Source: Azolla caroliniana
Taxonomy: Eukaryota; Plantae; Polypodiophyta
NCBI GenBank assembly: GCA_043228905.1
Contig: JBHGNT010000014.1
Location: forward strand, 5,642,001 to 5,706,000
Length of the DNA: 64,000 nucleotides
Direction of reading: 5' to 3'
The notes under the pieces are model-generated. The model saw only the letters and a list, made by a program, of their open reading frames with translations. It did no database searches and was not told where the DNA came from. Within the stretch, counting starts at the first letter, position 1. Each line of letters opens with the position of its first letter. This document shows, in pieces, positions 62,390-64,000 of the stretch. A program made the position numbers and the translations under genes.

Positions 62390-64000
62390 TGTTGTAGACG
62401 AGGTCGTCTATGCGGAAGATCAAGAAGCATTCGATTGCTGTTGAGTACCTGCGTATGACAGATTGTAGGTCGTGCACAGAGAGAGAGAGAGAGAGAGAGA
62501 GACACAAAAGACTTTCTTATTCCATAAAGCAATAATACAACATCCAACCTTACAAAGAGGTTACAAGGTCACTATATATAGGGACCGACTTAGGGCAACT
62601 ACCCTTTATGCTAATTACATAAATGGCCAAGACGAGATAGTGTGAATACGTCCATTATACACATGTATTCGACACTCCCCCGTAATGGGCGTATACATGG
62701 GTTATCTAAGATTACAGGTATAGACTTAGGTTCTCGGACATATCAGTTTTTGTTCGAGTCGGCAGGGTCCGAAGGCAGAAGACCGAACTGGTCGGGTCGG
62801 AACAGTTGAAGCCGATCATTAAGGAACTGATGTCGGTTGTCGGGAACCATCCTGCTCTGTGTCCAGCTCTAACCGGACTGGTTTGTCGTTACGCCCATCT
62901 GATGCCGAAGAGACCGAAAGCGGTCTGCCGAGAGACACTTGGTCATTCCATCTGCGACATTGTCGGTTGTGGATATTTTCTCTAGACCGATTTTCCCTGA
63001 AATGACGCAGTCCCGAACGAAGTGATATCGAACGTCGATATGCTTGGAGGCGTTGTGGTGAACCGGATTTTTCGACAGGGCAACAGCACCTTGACTGTCG
63101 CTGTAGACAACTGGAGCTGAGTCATGGTCGACTTGTCGAAATGTGTGCGCCAGCCGACCGAGCCACAAAGCTTCTTTTGCTGCGTCGGACGCAGCTACAT
63201 ATTCTGCTTCGGTCGTTGAGGTCGCTGTGCACTCCTGAAGTTTCGACTTCCACGAAATTGCTCCATTGCCGAATTTGAAGCAGTATCCGGTTGTTGATTT
63301 CCGACTGTCTATACAGCCGGCGAAGTCCGAGTCGGTGTAACCGACTACGCCTGAGGTTCGGTTCGGACCGAAAAGAATGCCATGGTCTTTTGTGCCAGCC
63401 AGATATCTGAACACATGCTTGACTGCGTTCCAATGCGATCGGCCAGGATTGTGCATAAATCTGCTAACGACTCCTACGGCGTGAGAAATATCAGGCCGTG
63501 TCGCGACCATCAGGTACATAAGGGAGCCGACTGCCGGTGCATACGGTACCGACTTCATATCTTCCCCCTCCGGGCCGGATGTCGGGCAGTCTCGCTGAGA
63601 GAGCCGAAGATTCATTGGGAGCGGGGTTGAAGCAGATTTGGCTGATTGCATGTTGAAGCGTTCCAAGACACGTCCGATATAGTCGGTCTGAGACAAAAAG
63701 AGATGTCGTTTATCGCGATGCCGACTAATTTTCATGCCAAGGATGTGTCGTGCCGGACCGAGGTCCTTCATGGCAAACTTCAACCGCAGTTGCCGAACGA
63801 GATCGGCAAATTCGCCCGCGTGGCGTCCAGAAAGTAGCATGTCGTCCACGTAAATGATGAGGAAGATGGGTGATCCATCTTGAGCTGTGTTGGTGAAGAG
63901 ACAATGGTCCTCATCGCTTTTGGAGAAGCCGATCGATTGGATGAAGTCGTCGAACTTCTTGTACCATTGTCGCGGTGCCTGTTTGAGGCCGTATAGACTC
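62390..64000 (-). mobile_element. Ty1/Copia F (different lineage): 3' LTR 62390-62674, RT-RNase H
   Basis: TG...CA LTR and PPT at 62675; inserted in the Copia E integrase. Confidence 0.9.
62869..64000 (-). CDS. pol: Copia F RT-RNase H (open, runs off the window)
   Basis: YVDDML, MKDLGPARHILG, STTEAEY and SKHIDVRYHF. Confidence 0.9.
   Translation of the reverse strand, partial: SLYGLKQAPRQWYKKFDDFIQSIGFSKSDEDHCLFTNTAQDGSPIFLIIYVDDMLLSGRHAGEFADLVRQLRLKFAMKDLGPARHILGMKISRHRDKRHLFLSQTDYIGRVLERFNMQSAKSASTPLPMNLRLSQRDCPTSGPEGEDMKSVPYAPAVGSLMYLMVATRPDISHAVGVVSRFMHNPGRSHWNAVKHVFRYLAGTKDHGILFGPNRTSGVVGYTDSDFAGCIDSRKSTTGYCFKFGNGAISWKSKLQECTATSTTEAEYVAASDAAKEALWLGRLAHTFRQVDHDSAPVVYSDSQGAVALSKNPVHHNASKHIDVRYHFVRDCVISGKIGLEKISTTDNVADGMTKCLSADRFRSLRHQMGVTTNQSG

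Overview
Repeat-dominated plant nuclear DNA. A non-seed plant such as a fern is likely, inferred from Tcn1-type and tRNA-Trp-primed Gypsy elements, RTEX-like LINEs and a fern-like accD fragment. 1-32.8 kb is a five-level nest: a LINE contains Copia A2, which contains Copia B, which contains Copia C, which contains Gypsy G2 and Copia D. A2 also contains Copia A1, which contains Gypsy G1. 33.7-54.2 kb is a minus-strand multi-exon aldehyde oxidase/xanthine dehydrogenase-family gene that looks pseudogenised; its introns hold a solo LTR and a concatenated train of LINEs. 54.8-64 kb is Copia E, with plastid DNA (trnL-like plus accD) inside its LTR, a hAT MITE, an RT-deleted self-priming chromovirus and Copia F. 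The best novelty candidate is a tRNA-like Pol III A-box/B-box cassette with tRNA spacing, antisense in U3, in all five Gypsy LTRs from two lineages. Also notable are a slippery-site plus pseudoknot -1 frameshift signal between protease and RT, a hairpin enclosing the PPT/LTR junction in four Copia elements, and a mosaic plastid insertion in an LTR. All coordinates and mismatch counts were read by eye; no database search was run.
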